A stretch of 64,000 bases of DNA from Felis catus. Taxonomy: Eukaryota. The DNA lies in NCBI RefSeq assembly GCF_018350175.1, contig NC_058373.1:113400001-113464000 (forward strand), read 5' to 3'. The notes beneath the pieces were generated by a model that saw only the letters and a list, made by a program, of their open reading frames with translations, was not told the DNA's origin and searched no databases. The translations under genes and the position numbers were made by a program. The first letter of the stretch is position 1. Each line of letters opens with the position of its first letter. This document shows positions 1-11,688 of the stretch, piece by piece.

Positions 1-195
1 AAGTCATCCATGAGGGCTGGAATCAATTTCTTCAAAACTCCCATGAAAGTCATTATTTTGACCTCTTCCTTGAATTATCAATGTTTTTAATGGCATCCAG
101 AATGGTGAAACCTTTCCAGAAGGTTTTCAATTTACTATACCCAGAACTGTCAGAGGAATCATTACCTTTGGCAGCTAGAGCCTTATGGAATGTAT

Positions 196-296
196 TTCTT
201 TTCTTTTCTTTTCTTTTCTTTTCTTTTCTTTTCTTTTCTTTTCTTTTCTTTTCTTTTCTTTCTTTCCTTTCCTTTTCTTTTCTTTTCTTTTTTTTT
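196..296. repeat. (TTTTC)n microsatellite flanked by a 13-bp direct repeat
   Basis: Seen directly; GAATGTATTTCTT at 188-200 and 297-309. Confidence 0.95.
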
Positions 297-1042
297 GAAT
301 GTATTTCTTAAATAATAAGACTTAAAAGTCAAAATTACTCCTTGATCCATGGACTGCAGAATAGATATTGTGTTAGTAGGCATGAAACTTATTGTACATC
401 TCCATGAGAGAGCACCTGGCTGACCACATACACCATCAATGAGCAGTAGTATTTTGAGAGGATTCCTTTTTTTGGAGCAGTAGGTCTCAACAGTGGGCTT
501 AAAATATTCAATAAACCATGCTGTAAACAGATGTACTGTTACCTAGGCTTTGTTGGTCCATTTATAGAGCATAAGCAGAGTAGATTTAGCATAATTCTTA
601 AGGGCCCCAGGATTATTGGAATGGTCTAGGAGCACTGGCTTCAACGCAAAGTCACAAGCTGCATTAGCTCCTAATAAGAGAGTCAGCCTGTGCTTTGAGG
701 CTTTGAAGCCAGGCATTGACTTCTCTCTAGTTAAGAAAATCCTAGATGGCTGTTTCGTCTACATCAAAAATCTGTTGTTTAGTGCAGTCTCCTTCGTTAC
801 TTATTTTTGCTACATCTTCTGGATAACCTGCTGCAGCTTTTCCATCAGCACTTGGGGATTCCTCCACCTTGCACTTTTATGTTAGGGAGATGGCTTCTTT
901 CCTTAAACCTCATGAACCAACCTCTGCTAGCTTCAAACTTTTCTTCTGAAGCAGCTTCCTCATCTCTCCCAGCTTTGAATTGAAGAGTTAGGGCCTTACT
1001 CTGGATTAGGCTTTGGCTTAAGATAACATTGTGGCTAGTTTA

Positions 1043-1241
1043 TGGGGCGCCTGGGTGGCTCAGTCAGTTGAGCATCCAACTTCGGCTCAGGTCACCATCT
1101 CACGTTCAAGCCCCGCATCGGGCTCTGTGCTGACAGCTCGGAGCCTGGATCCTGCTTTGGATTCTGTGTCTCCCTCTCTCTCTGCCCCTAACCCACTCGC
1201 ATTCTGTCTCCATGTCTCTCAAAAATAAATAAACATTAAAA

Positions 1242-1272
<31 letters not shown>

Positions 1273-1287
1273 ACAAACAAACAAACA
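1043..1287 (+). mobile_element. CAN-SINE (SINEC) with TSD
   Basis: GGGGCGCCTGGGTGGCTCAG head, (TC)n tract and A-rich tail; TSD AACATTGTGGCTAGTTTA at 1025-1042 and 1288-1305. Confidence 0.92.
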
Positions 1288-1949
1288 AACATTGTGGCTA
1301 GTTTAATCTTCTATCCAGGCCACTAAAACCTTCTCCGTATCAACAATAAGGCTGTTTTGCTTGTTTATCATTCTTATGTTCACTGGAACAGCACATTTAA
1401 CTTCCTTCAAAACCTTTTCCATTACATTCACGATTTGGCTAACTCTTTGGTCAAGAGGCCTAGGTTTTGTCCTATCTCAGCTTTTGACATACCTTTCTCG
1501 CTAAGCTTAATCATTTGAAGCTTCTGATTTAAAGTGAGAGACATGCAACTCTTCCTTTCACTTGAACACTAAAAGGCGATTATAGGGTTATTAACTGGCC
1601 TAATTTCAGTCTGAAGTTTCATGAGAATGTGACAGACATTAAGTTGAGCAAATGTTGTTGGAAAATGGTGTTAATAAATTTGTTCAACACAAATTGTGGG
1701 ATGCCACAAATCTTCAATTTGTAAAAAATGCGGTATTTGAAAAGCACAATAAAGTGAAGTGCAATAAAGCGCAATAAAACAAGATATGCCTGTGTTAGAT
1801 CCCTCTAAGCCTGTTTCCTTATCTGAAAATAAGAAATATAACAGTACCGACCTCATAAGGTTGTCTGAAAGGGTTAAAAGAGATAATACACATAATAAGC
1901 ACTTAGCAAATGCTCAGCATATTGAGAGTTTCATAAATAGCAACTACCA

Positions 1950-2240
1950 TTTTTTGAAGTTTATTTTGAGAGAAAGAGCATGTGCATGTGCGCATGGGAA
2001 GGACAGAGAAAGAGGCAGGGAGAGGGAGAGGGAGAGGGAGAGGGAGAGGGAGAGGGAGAGGGACAGGGACAGGGACAGGGAGAGGGACAGGGAGGGAGGG
2101 AGAGAGAGACAATCCCAAGCAGGCTCTGCACTGTCAGCACAGAGCCCTATGTGGGGCTTGAACTCATGAACTATGAGATCATGACCCAAACCAAAATCAA
2201 GAGTCAGATGCTTTATGGACTGAGTCACCCAGGTGCCCCA
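1950..2240 (-). mobile_element. CAN-SINE with expanded (GGGAGA/GGGACA)n tract
   Basis: Reverse SINE head at about 2240; hexamer array at 2018-2100. Confidence 0.88.
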
Positions 2241-2825
2241 CTACCATTGTTTTTAAAATTAAATCCTTAGGTAGAAAGAACTAAGAGTAAAAACAAAATT
2301 CACCAAAGAATATGAAGAGTGTTAGAAAAATTAAAATTCTGCAGCCAATAAGTTAATTGTTTACCAACCAGTTGCATATGATTCTATAGTCTCTTTATAG
2401 TGACTATTTTTGCTGGTTTCCAGAATAATGAGGTCTCAAAGACACACGCTAAAATTTGAGTGAGTTAAAATGGAAACTTTTCAATAATTCTATAACACTC
2501 ATTAATACACTTGGAGCTGCCTTCAGGTCCTACAAAACCCAAACTAGAACATGACTACAGGCACAGTATTATCTAATAATAATTTACAGCATTCTGAGGT
2601 ATTTGGAGAGACCTCTTCAGATGCTACAAACTAAGACTAGACATTATGGCATACTTAATATTATGAAGTAATTATATATTAAGTAATATGCATTAAAAAT
2701 TATGTACATACTTAATATTATATAAAATCGATTAATAATTATCACATACGCTAACAGATTATCACTGCCATATAATCTTCCTAAAAAGGGACATATTTTG
2801 TCTGTTATCCCATCCTTTGTTTTAA

Positions 2826-3042
2826 ATTTTTTTTTTCAACGTTTTTATTTATTTTTGGGACAGAGAGAGACAGAGCATGAACGGGGGAGGGGCAGAGAGA
2901 GAGGCAGACACAGAATCGGAAACAGGCTCCAGGCTCCGAGCCATCAGCCCAGAGCCCGACGCGGGGCTCGAACTCACGGACCGCGAGATCGTGACCTGGC
3001 TGAAGTCGGACGCTTAACCGACTGCGCCACCCAGGCGCCCCA
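2826..3042 (-). mobile_element. Young felid SINEC_Fc-type SINE
   Basis: CpG-rich, near-consensus; TSD CCCATCCTTTGTTTTAA at 2809-2825 and 3043-3059. Confidence 0.92.
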
Positions 3043-3389
3043 CCCATCCTTTGTTTTAATAGGTATAGATATCCATTTTACAAATGATGAAAATGTGGAA
3101 AATGTGGTAGAATAAAAATAAAGTTACACCCAGTTTTAATAGGCAACCATATATTATTGTAAGTTTCTCCACAATTCACAGTACTTCTACAATCACTCAA
3201 CAAATAGTTGTGGAGCACCTAGTATATACAAGGCACTGTTCTAGGTGCTTAGGATACATAATAAACAAAACAGACAAAATATAGAGCTTATAATAGAAGA
3301 AGGAACACCTCCAAACTTTTATGAGGCCAGCATTACAATGATACCAAAACCGGACAAAGGCACCACAAGAAAGAAAATTAAGAATATCT

Positions 3390-3650
3390 CTGGGTGCCTG
3401 GGTGGCTCAGTCGTTAAGCATCTGATTTTGACTCAGGTTATGAGTTCGAGTCCCACATCGGGTGAGCTTCAGCCCCACTTCAGGTGAGCTCGTGCCCCAC
3501 TTTGGGTGAGCACAAGCCCCACTTCAGGTAAGTCCTACTTCTCTCTCTCTTTCCTTCCCTCTCTCTCTCTCTCTCTGTCCCTCAAGGGATTCTCTCTCTC
3601 TCTCTGCCCCTCACTCACTTGTGCCCTCTCTCAAAACAAACAAAAAAACA
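3390..3650 (+). mobile_element. CAN-SINE variant with internal 22-bp tandem repeat
   Basis: SINE head followed by four copies of about agccccacttcaggtgagctc(g) at 3449-3535. Confidence 0.8.
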
Positions 3651-4745
3651 GTATCCCTGATGAACATAGATGCAAAAATCCTCAACAAAGTTATTAGCAA
3701 ACTGAATTCAATGACACGTTAAAGGATCATACACCTTGATCAAGTGGGATTTACTCCAGGGATGTAAGAATGTATCTACATATCAACATGATATACCACA
3801 TTAACAAAATGAAGGGCAAAAATCATATGATCAGCTCAAGAGATGCAGAAAAAGTATCTGACAAAATTCAACATCCATTTATGATATAAAATCTCAACAA
3901 ACTGGATATATCTAGAGAGAACATACTTCAACAAAGTAAAGGTCATATGTGACAAGCCCACAGCTAACATTATACTCACTGGTGGAAAGCTCAAATCTTT
4001 TCCTCTAAGATCACGAATAAGGATGCCTACTCTCACCATTTTTATACAACACAGTATTGGAAGCCAGAGCAATTAGGCATGAAAAAGAAATGAAAGGCAT
4101 TCAAAACTGGAAAGGAAGAAGTAAATTCTGTCACTATTTGCAGATGGCATATTATACACAGAAAACCCTACAGATTCCACTGAAAAAACTGTTAGATTTA
4201 ATAAATAAATTCAGTAAGTTGCAGTTTACAAAATCAATATACAAAAACCGATTGCATTTCTATATACTAACAATGAACTATCAGGAGAAATTAAGAAAGT
4301 AATGCCATTTACAATTGCAACAAAAAGAATAAAACACTAAGCCTAACCAAGGAGGTTAAAGATATGTACACTAAAAACACAAAACACTGATGAAAGAAAC
4401 TGAAGACACAAATAAATGAAAAGATATTCCATGCACATGGATTGGAAAGATTAGTACTGTTAAAAGGTCCATAATACCCAAAACAATCTACAGACTCTGC
4501 AATCCTTATCAAAATTCCAATGGCAATTTTCACAGAAATAAAACAATCAATCCAAAAATTTGTATGGAACCAAAAAAGACCCCAATTAGAACAAAGTTGG
4601 AAGTATCATGCCTCCTGATATTACAAAGCTACAGTACTAGCATAAAAAAAAATGCAAAAATCAGTGGAACAGAGAGCCCAGAAATAAATATACACATACA
4701 TGATCAATTAACTTACAATAAGAGTCAAGAATATACAATGGGAAC

Positions 4746-5631
4746 TACATTAGAAAACCAAGTCCTTCCCCCTCCTATGTCTTTCTCTCCTGTATAGAGA
4801 AAAACTCAGTCCCTCCTGTGTTTCTTGTGTATCTCCTCAGAACACTTCTGGTCAACAAACGTGTGGAGGTTTTTCTCTACACCAAACATTTCTCTGCAAT
4901 ACCAGCTGGATGTTCACAGTTCAACTCAGTTCTGACACTATCTACATGGAGACAGCATCAGATTCCACAGATTAAGAGCTCAGTCTCACAAGACCACCCC
5001 TCCCCCTTTAAAAGTCAATCACAAGTAATAGGTCCTCAGGTTAGCCACAATTTCTGTCCAATTTGGCTACAAATTGAAGGTTCTTATGACCCCCTCCTCA
5101 GGTTCAATTAACTTGTTAGAGTGGCTCACAGAATTCAGGGAAACGCTTACTTACATTTATCAATTTATTAAGGATTATGATGAAGAATACAGGTGAAGAG
5201 CCAGATGAAGAGATACACAGGGTGAGGTCTGGGGGAGTCCTGAACACAGGAGCTTCTGTCCCTGTGGAGCTGGGGTGCATCACACTCCAGGCATGGATAT
5301 TTTCACCCTCCTGGAAGCTCTCTAAACCCCATATACTATTAGGATTTTATGGAGGCTACTTCATACGGGCATGATCAATTATTAACTTCCATTTTCAGCT
5401 CTTCTTTAATCTCTGGAGGACAAAAGATAGGGCTGAAAATCCAAGCTTCTAATCACAGGTTGGTCTTTCTGGTGACCAGTCCCCACCCAGGAGCCCACCC
5501 AGAGTCACCTCATTAGAACAAAAGATGCTCCTAGTGTTCTTATCACTTAGGGAATTACAAGGATTTTGGGAGCTGTGTGTCAGGAACCAGGAGGAGATAC
5601 ATACACACACACACTCTTCCATTACCTCATA
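4746..5631. mobile_element. Solo ERV LTR (MER21-like) inserted in the L1
   Basis: MER21-like motifs (cagttctgacactatctac..., ttggctacaaatt). L1 sequence resumes across it, with GGAA duplicated at 4741-4744 and 5632-5635. Confidence 0.65.
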
Positions 5632-6274
5632 GGAAATGATGATCCCTTCAATAAATGGTTTTGGGAAAACTTGACAGAATAATGCAAGAGAATGGAAATT
5701 AACCAGTATCTTACACCATATACAAAAATTAACTCAAAATGGATCAAAGACTTGAATGTAAGACCTGAAACCATAAAACTCCTAGAAAAAAACACAGAGT
5801 TCCTTGACATCAGTATTGGTGATGAGTTTTTGGATTTGATACCAAAAGTAAAGGTAACAAAAGTAAAAATAAACAAATGGGACTACATCAAACTAAAAAG
5901 TTTTTGCACAGCAGAGAAAATCATCAACAAAATGAAAAGGCAATTTACCAAATGGGAGAAAATATTTGCAAATCATGTATCTGATAAGGGATTAATACCC
6001 AAAATAGATAAAGAACTCATACAACTCAGGAGCAAAAAACCCAAACAATCTGATAAAAAAAAAATGGGCAAAAGATCTGGACAGGCATTTTTCCAAAGAA
6101 GACATACAGATGGCCAACAGGTATACGAAAAGGTACTCAACATCACTAATCAGGGAAATGCAAAGCAAATCACCATGAGATATTACCTCACACCTGTTGG
6201 AAAGGCTATAATCAAAAGACAAGAAATAACACCCACTGACAAAGATGTGGAGAAAATATAGAACTTATTTTTGG

Positions 6275-6452
6275 CTCAGGTGCTTTTAAACTTGACATGC
6301 ATCAGAAATCCCCTGGATGGCTGTTAAAACAGGCTGTTAAGACAGTTAATAATTCCGTAAATCTTGGGTAGAGCCCAATAATTTGCATTTCTAATAAATT
6401 CCCAGATGATGCTGACACTGGCAGTTCAGGGACCAAACTATGAAAACCACTG
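6275..6452. mobile_element. MER5A (hAT-Charlie) non-autonomous DNA transposon
   Basis: Characteristic ttgcatttctaataaattcccagatgatgctga...gaaaaccactg end. Confidence 0.7.
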
Positions 6453-6536
6453 TTCTAGTGAAAGGAAGACAAATACTATACTATAAACATCAGAAGTACA
6501 TAAAGTGTCTAGTACATTAGAAGATAAGTGCTGGAG

Positions 6537-7015
6537 GGGCGCCTGGATGGCTCAGTCGGTTAAGCGTCCGACTTCAGCTCAGGTCACGATCTTGCGGTCC
6601 GTGAGGTCCGTGAGTTCGAGCCCCGTGTCGGGCTCTGGGCTGATGGCTCAGAGCCTGGAGCCTGCTTCCGATTCTGTGTCTCCCTCTCTCTCTGCCCCTC
6701 CCCCATTCATGCTCTGTCTCTCTCTGTCTCAAAAATAAATAAAAACATTAAAAAAAAAAAAAAAAAGAAGATAAGTGCTGGAGCATCTGGGTGGCTCAGT
6801 CGGTTGAGCATTCGACCTCAGCTCGAGTCAAGTCATCGTCTCATAGTTCGTAAGTTTGAGCCCTGTGTCGGGCTCTGTGCTGACAGCTCAGAACCTGGAG
6901 CCTGCTTTGGATTCTTTGTCCCCCTTTCTCTCTGCCCCTCCCCGACTCCCTCCCTCCCTCCCTCCCTCCCTCTCTCTAAAATAAATAAACATTAAAAAAA
7001 TTAAAAAAAAAAAAG
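6537..7015 (+). mobile_element. Two tandem CAN-SINEs at one target site
   Basis: Two heads (6537, about 6780) and two A tails; GATAAGTGCT occurs before, between and after them. Confidence 0.88.
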
Positions 7016-8737
7016 AAGATGATAAGTGCTCTGGGAAAAAAGAGAAAGTAGGGCAAGACAACAGCTGCATACAGAGCTGGTATTCTTATGTTTTATTTAA
7101 ATAAAACTCCCATTTCCTATATAATAGTAACAATGGTGAATGGCTCATGCCAGGCAATATTCATTCTATGGGCTTTACATATATTAACTAATTTAATCCA
7201 ACAAGACCCCTATGAAGTAAATACGACGATTTACCCCATTTTGCAGGGAGAAACTAGTTAGGTTGAAGTAAGTTGTCCAAGGTCTCACACAGCTACTAAG
7301 AGATGGATCCTGGATGTGAGCCCAGGCAGTCTGGCTCTAGAATCATTGCTGTTAAATATTATAATATACTGCTTCCCAATTCACAGATCTTCTTCATTAA
7401 TGTTATTTCTTTTTCTTTCATGTTTATTTTTATTTGAGAGAGAGAGAAAGAAAGAGAGAGAGAGAATGCGCGCATGGGAGCGAGCAGGGGAGGAGCCGAA
7501 GTAGGCTCCAGGCTCCAAGCTCTCAGCACAGTACTATGCTCAAACCCATGAACTGTGAGATCATGACCTGAGCTTAACCAACTGAGCCACCCAGGCACCC
7601 CATTAATGTTATTTTTAGTGGCAGGAGAAGAAATATCTTGTCAGGCTAGACTGGACATACATTATCATCTCTATTCTATAAGCACACTTGATGCTTTCTT
7701 TCATCTACAACCTACTTTTATATTTCTTATTTAAGTTCATCATTCACCCAAATAACCAAGTGAGAAAATGCAGACACCCTTGAATCTGTCTCTCACTCCC
7801 CATGTCCGATCTTAATTTCTGCCTCAGAAATTGGATTTAGGACTCCCTAGATTCCCATGTTACCCAGATAATTGCCACAAAGGCTCCTAGTATGGTCCCC
7901 TATATCCAGATTCTTGTTTCTCTTTCATCCTCCACTCAGCCACCAGCACTCTCCTTCTAAAGTAAAATCTGACCATATTAGTCAGCTGCTTAAAATCCTT
8001 CACCGATTCTTCGTATCAAGCCCAAATGTCTTAATGTGATATAAAGTCCCTTCACAATCTGGCTGTGTCTCACTTTCCTGATCTACTATTAATCTCCCAC
8101 ACATACCCTAAGCTCCATTCATGGTTCTAAGTATTTGATTTTCTGTTCTGTTATTGCCTCTTCCCATCTCCCTCCGGCAAACTCCCACTCAACCCCTTAA
8201 TACTTAGTTCTCCTTTCTGCTTCCCTCCCCTAACACACAAGTCAACCTTTTCTTTATGGTCTCAAAACTGTCTTAGGACCAATCACACACTTTGTTGTAA
8301 ATTTAGTCCCATTAAGGCAAGAGCTCTTGAAACTCCTAGGGTCCAAGACAGTGACTGATACACAGTAATTCTGAAAGAGTTATTAAAAACTGGTTAAGTT
8401 CAATCAGCATAAGCTAAATTTAGCATAAGCTAAATTCAAGAGCTGTTATGTACATTATTCAGAACCTAATAATTTATGATGGAAATTAAAGCTCTGGAAA
8501 GCTCATGAAGTAATCTCAGAACTAGGAAAAAAGGATTCAGAGATAAGACACAGTGTGTTTGCCCAACTAAATTCTATTTATTCAACAAATATTTATTGAG
8601 CAGTATGAGTAAAGTAGCGAACAGAGATGGAAAATTGCTGAAATTCGTATTATAACCTATAGATACGTGTACACTGTATTTACTTACCCATTAAACAACT
8701 AAGTCCGCTACCAGCAACTTGTATTAAGAGTATTTTG

Positions 8738-8985
8738 TGGGGAGCCTGGGTGGCTCAGTCGGTTGACTGTCCGACTTCAGCTCAGGTCATGATCTCATGG
8801 TTCGTGAGTTCGAGCCCCGCATCGGGCTCTGTGCTGATGGCCTGGAGCCTGCTTCAGATTCTCTGGAGCCTGCTTCAGAGCCTGGAGCCTGCTTAGGATT
8901 CTGTGTCTCCCTCTCTCTCTGCCCCACCCCCACTCGTGCTCTCTGTCTCTGTCTCTCAAAAATAAATAAATATTAAAAAAAAAAA
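8738..8985 (+). mobile_element. CAN-SINE with internal triplication
   Basis: ctggagcctgctt occurs three times at 8841-8895; TSD aagagtattttgt. Confidence 0.85.
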
Positions 8986-9129
8986 GAGTATTTTGTCTTG
9001 GTTAGGTATTCACACCTTTTTGATTATCTTCTTTGCAGCAATGAGAAAGTTAAGTAGATGATAAAGGAAAATAGAACTCAGTTTTCTATTTTTCAAAATG
9101 GAATGCCCTTTTGCACTATTTACCCTTCC

Positions 9130-9760
9130 AGAAACCACCACTGCAAAATTTAATTCGGCACTGGGCTGCAAAAAATGGTCTATTTTTCAACTATGTAAAT
9201 CAGATCCCATCACTCTTTTGCTCAATACTCTGTAAGTGCATCCCATCAGATTTAGAAAAAGGTGCAAATCTTTCACTGTGCTCTACAAGACCACACGTGA
9301 CCTGGCCCTGCCTAACTCTTTTTACCCTCATCTGCTACCACTGTCTCCTTTGCTCACTTCACTGGCAAACGCTGGCCTTCTTGCTCTTCCTAGAAGAGCT
9401 CATTTCTGTTTAAGAACCTTTGCAACGCTTACCAAGCTCACTGTGCTTAAGGAAACTTTGGAATACTATTCTTTTCTCCTCACACTCACTTCTCCCAAAT
9501 TTTCACATGCTGGACTCCCTTCACTCAAGTCTCTGCTCAAATGGCACCTTCTCAAAGAAGCCTTTCACAGCCACCCTGTTTACTATTAGAGTTCTCCATT
9601 CCTTTGCCCTGCATAACTCTTCTCTTAATATTCATATATTACCAGGGACCCACTAGAACAAAGATTTTAAGTCTCCTCACTGCAATAATCTGCAATATTA
9701 GCAGCATTTAGGGGAGTGCCTGGCACACAGCAGCCTCTCCCAATAAATATGTTTAACATT
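9130..9760 (+). mobile_element. LINE-2 3' fragment
   Basis: L2-like 3' end (gtgcctggcacacagcag...caataaatatgttt). Confidence 0.55.
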
Positions 9761-10537
9761 CTCTGGCGTTCTGACCAGAGTTATTCAATTCATATGACCT
9801 CAGGAAACTCACAGAGCGAACACTCAAGCTCTGACCCTTAGTAAAAACTACAAAATAAAGCCTTATCAAGTCTTGCCATCAAGACGTATTTGTTCTGAGT
9901 GGCAAAGAGCTGTGACAGGTCTTCCTAGAGATTTTACTGGAAAACTAACTCCTCCAAGCAAAGCTTGCAGCAACCTGAATTTTGAAGTCAAATGACAGAA
10001 AGTTCGTTAGGGGACCACACCTAAACCCACAATCCTGATTTTTAAAGACCACTTCCCCCACAAAATCTGATCATTTACCAACTCCAAAATTATGTTTCCT
10101 TTGGCTTCTTGGCCCTTTTGGTGCTACGGATCCTTTGCCAGTCTGGTGAAAACTATGGATTTCTCTTGAGAATAATGCTCTAAAATTCATAAAGCAAAAT
10201 AGACAGCTACAAAAGAAACCAATTTTACTGAAATACATGGACACAGACTTAAGGTCTCCTATGATCTTCTTCCACGGTGAAAATGACACAAGAAAATTTT
10301 GACGGCTACAGTAGTAAGAGAATCCCAAAGAGACGACACTCCGAGGTCCAACGCTGAGCACCCTCAAGGAGCAGCAGGGAAATGCTGGGCGCCGAGACCC
10401 AGTCAACCCTAGGGGGCGTGTCTGAGGACGCGCAGCGGAGGGAAGAGGGACCCGATCTGAGAAGGGGGTGGGGAGCTCGTATTCCCAGAGCGCGCAAGGG
10501 GCCGAGTTCCCCACGGCGCGTCCCACCCTCGCCTCAC

Positions 10538-10652
10538 CTGTCCCCGCTGTCCCCAGGAGCCGCTCCGGCACCCCTCGCAGGTCTTCATGGAGGCCGCGGA
10601 AGATCTCGTGAAGTTTCTCGAAATGCTCCGAAGAGGCAGCGGAGGTGGCCAT
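10538..10652 (-). CDS. VTI1B: Vesicle transport through interaction with t-SNAREs 1B, coding exon 1 (115 bp); the remaining exons lie beyond the window start
   Basis: MATSAASSEHFEKLHEIFRGLHEDLRGVPERLLGTAGT matches the VTI1B N-terminus; Kozak gccATGG; donor AG|gtgagg. Confidence 0.95.
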
Positions 10653-11075
10653 GGCGCAGGCCGCGCTCGAGCAGCGGCCTCCGAGATTTTGGGCACTGGC
10701 CCCGCTCCTGTGCCGGCGGTCAGCCACCCAGTCCCGCAGGCATCACGGCGACCGCCGCCACCACCGCCGGGGACGAGGCGCTTCCGGGGCCGCGGCGGGG
10801 TCCTCCCGAGCCGGAACGCCCACCCCGTTCATACCGTCACTGAGGGAGCGGCGGGCGCGAAAGCCTGATGGGAAGTCTGGTGGGCTGCCCGCCTGGGCGA
10901 TTCCCGGGAGGGTGGTGGTGCATCGGAGCGAGCGGAGTCCTGAAGCCCCGGAAATACCCAGTTCAGGGTTGGGGAGAGCGCCACAACGGAAGGGACTGTG
11001 GGGGACCCGCGGGACGGGCAGCGCGACCGCCTGTCTCCAGGGCCCCGCCTTCCGGTGAGGGGCGGTCGCTGCAGT

Positions 11076-11096
11076 GCATGCCGGGGGCTGTAGTTC
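11076..11096 (-). promoter_or_regulatory. ZNF143/THAP11-type SBS motif
   Basis: Minus strand reads GAACTACAGCCCCCGGCATGC, versus consensus ACTACAnnTCCCAGnATGC. Confidence 0.7.
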
Positions 11097-11489
11097 GGCG
11101 TGGAAGCCACTCGGACTCCGAAGTCACGCGCTGGCGGGGGCGGTGGTTCTGTCAATGCTACAGGCCCAGTGGGTGGTGCTGACAAGCAGTAGTTTGGTAT
11201 CCGTAAGCGTTTGGAAATCATCTTCACTATCATCGCCCCGTCTGGCGGCTCTCATTTCCTCAGTTCGCATCCTGACTAAACATTAGCTTTCAGCCCTTGA
11301 GAGAGAGCTGGGGCAGGTTCCTTGCTTGCCCTGCAGCGGTAAAAAACAAAACAAAAAACCTTTTATTGGAGAGGTCAAACGCCCAGAGCCATATGCTTTC
11401 AGAAATAGTTCCTAGGCAGTGACTCCCCAAATACGCTCGCAGCCTCTAGTCTCTGTGCTCGCCTGGTGCATTCATTCACTCAGCAGGTA

Positions 11490-11688
11490 TTTTTTAATGT
11501 TTATTTTTGAGAGAGAGAGACACAGGGCGTGAGTGGCGGAGGGCCAGAGAGAGACACAGAAACCCAAGCAGGCTCCAGGCTCCGAGCTGTGAGCACAGAG
11601 CCCAATGCGGGGCTGGAACTCACGGACGAGGAGATCACGACCTGAGTAAAAGTCAGAGGCTTAACTGACTGAGCCACCCAAGTGCCCC
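11490..11688 (-). mobile_element. CAN-SINE
   Basis: Reverse head and tail; TSD ctcagcaggtattt. Confidence 0.88.

Larger units (their letters stand above)
1..1792 (-). mobile_element. Tigger1 (TcMar-Tigger) DNA transposon, decayed, runs off the window start; interrupted by a microsatellite and a SINE
   Basis: Minus-strand translation [28 protein letters not shown] resembles the pogo/Tigger DDE transposase motif. The terminus ...gcaataaaacaagatatgcctg (1792) matches the Tigger1 terminal inverted repeat. Confidence 0.85.
3292..6252 (+). mobile_element. LINE-1 ORF2 fragment (RT to C-terminal region), decayed, with nested SINE and LTR
   Basis: Peptides PNFYEASITMIPKPDK and YLTPYTKINSKWIKDLNVRPETIKLLE...WDYIKLKSFCTA are typical of L1 ORF2p. 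Confidence 0.9.
10380..11250. promoter_or_regulatory. VTI1B: CpG island / VTI1B promoter
   Basis: High GC and CpG density; GC boxes (ggggcgg at about 11058 and 11137); ETS-like cttccgg. Confidence 0.85.

Noticed and set aside
1043..1140. tRNA-like A/B box sequences
   Set aside because: These are tRNA-derived SINE heads, not tRNA genes.
2798..3115. Recurrent ORFs of the RGRERGRHRIGNRLQA or VAQSVK...SAQVMIS type throughout the window
   Set aside because: Translations of CAN-SINE sequence.
5692..6261. 189-aa ORF
   Set aside because: Decayed L1 ORF2 fragment with frameshifts, not a host gene.
8406..8436. Direct repeat AGCATAAGCTAAATT x2 (also CATACTTAATATTAT x2 near 2650-2721)
   Set aside because: Ordinary short local duplications in AT-rich intron, with no array or spacer structure (not CRISPR-like).
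10071..11286. Many overlapping long ORFs around the VTI1B promoter
   Set aside because: Expected from stop-codon scarcity in a GC-rich CpG island. Only 10538-10652 matches a known protein, and the 218-aa ORF is exon 1 running into the intron from a GTG.
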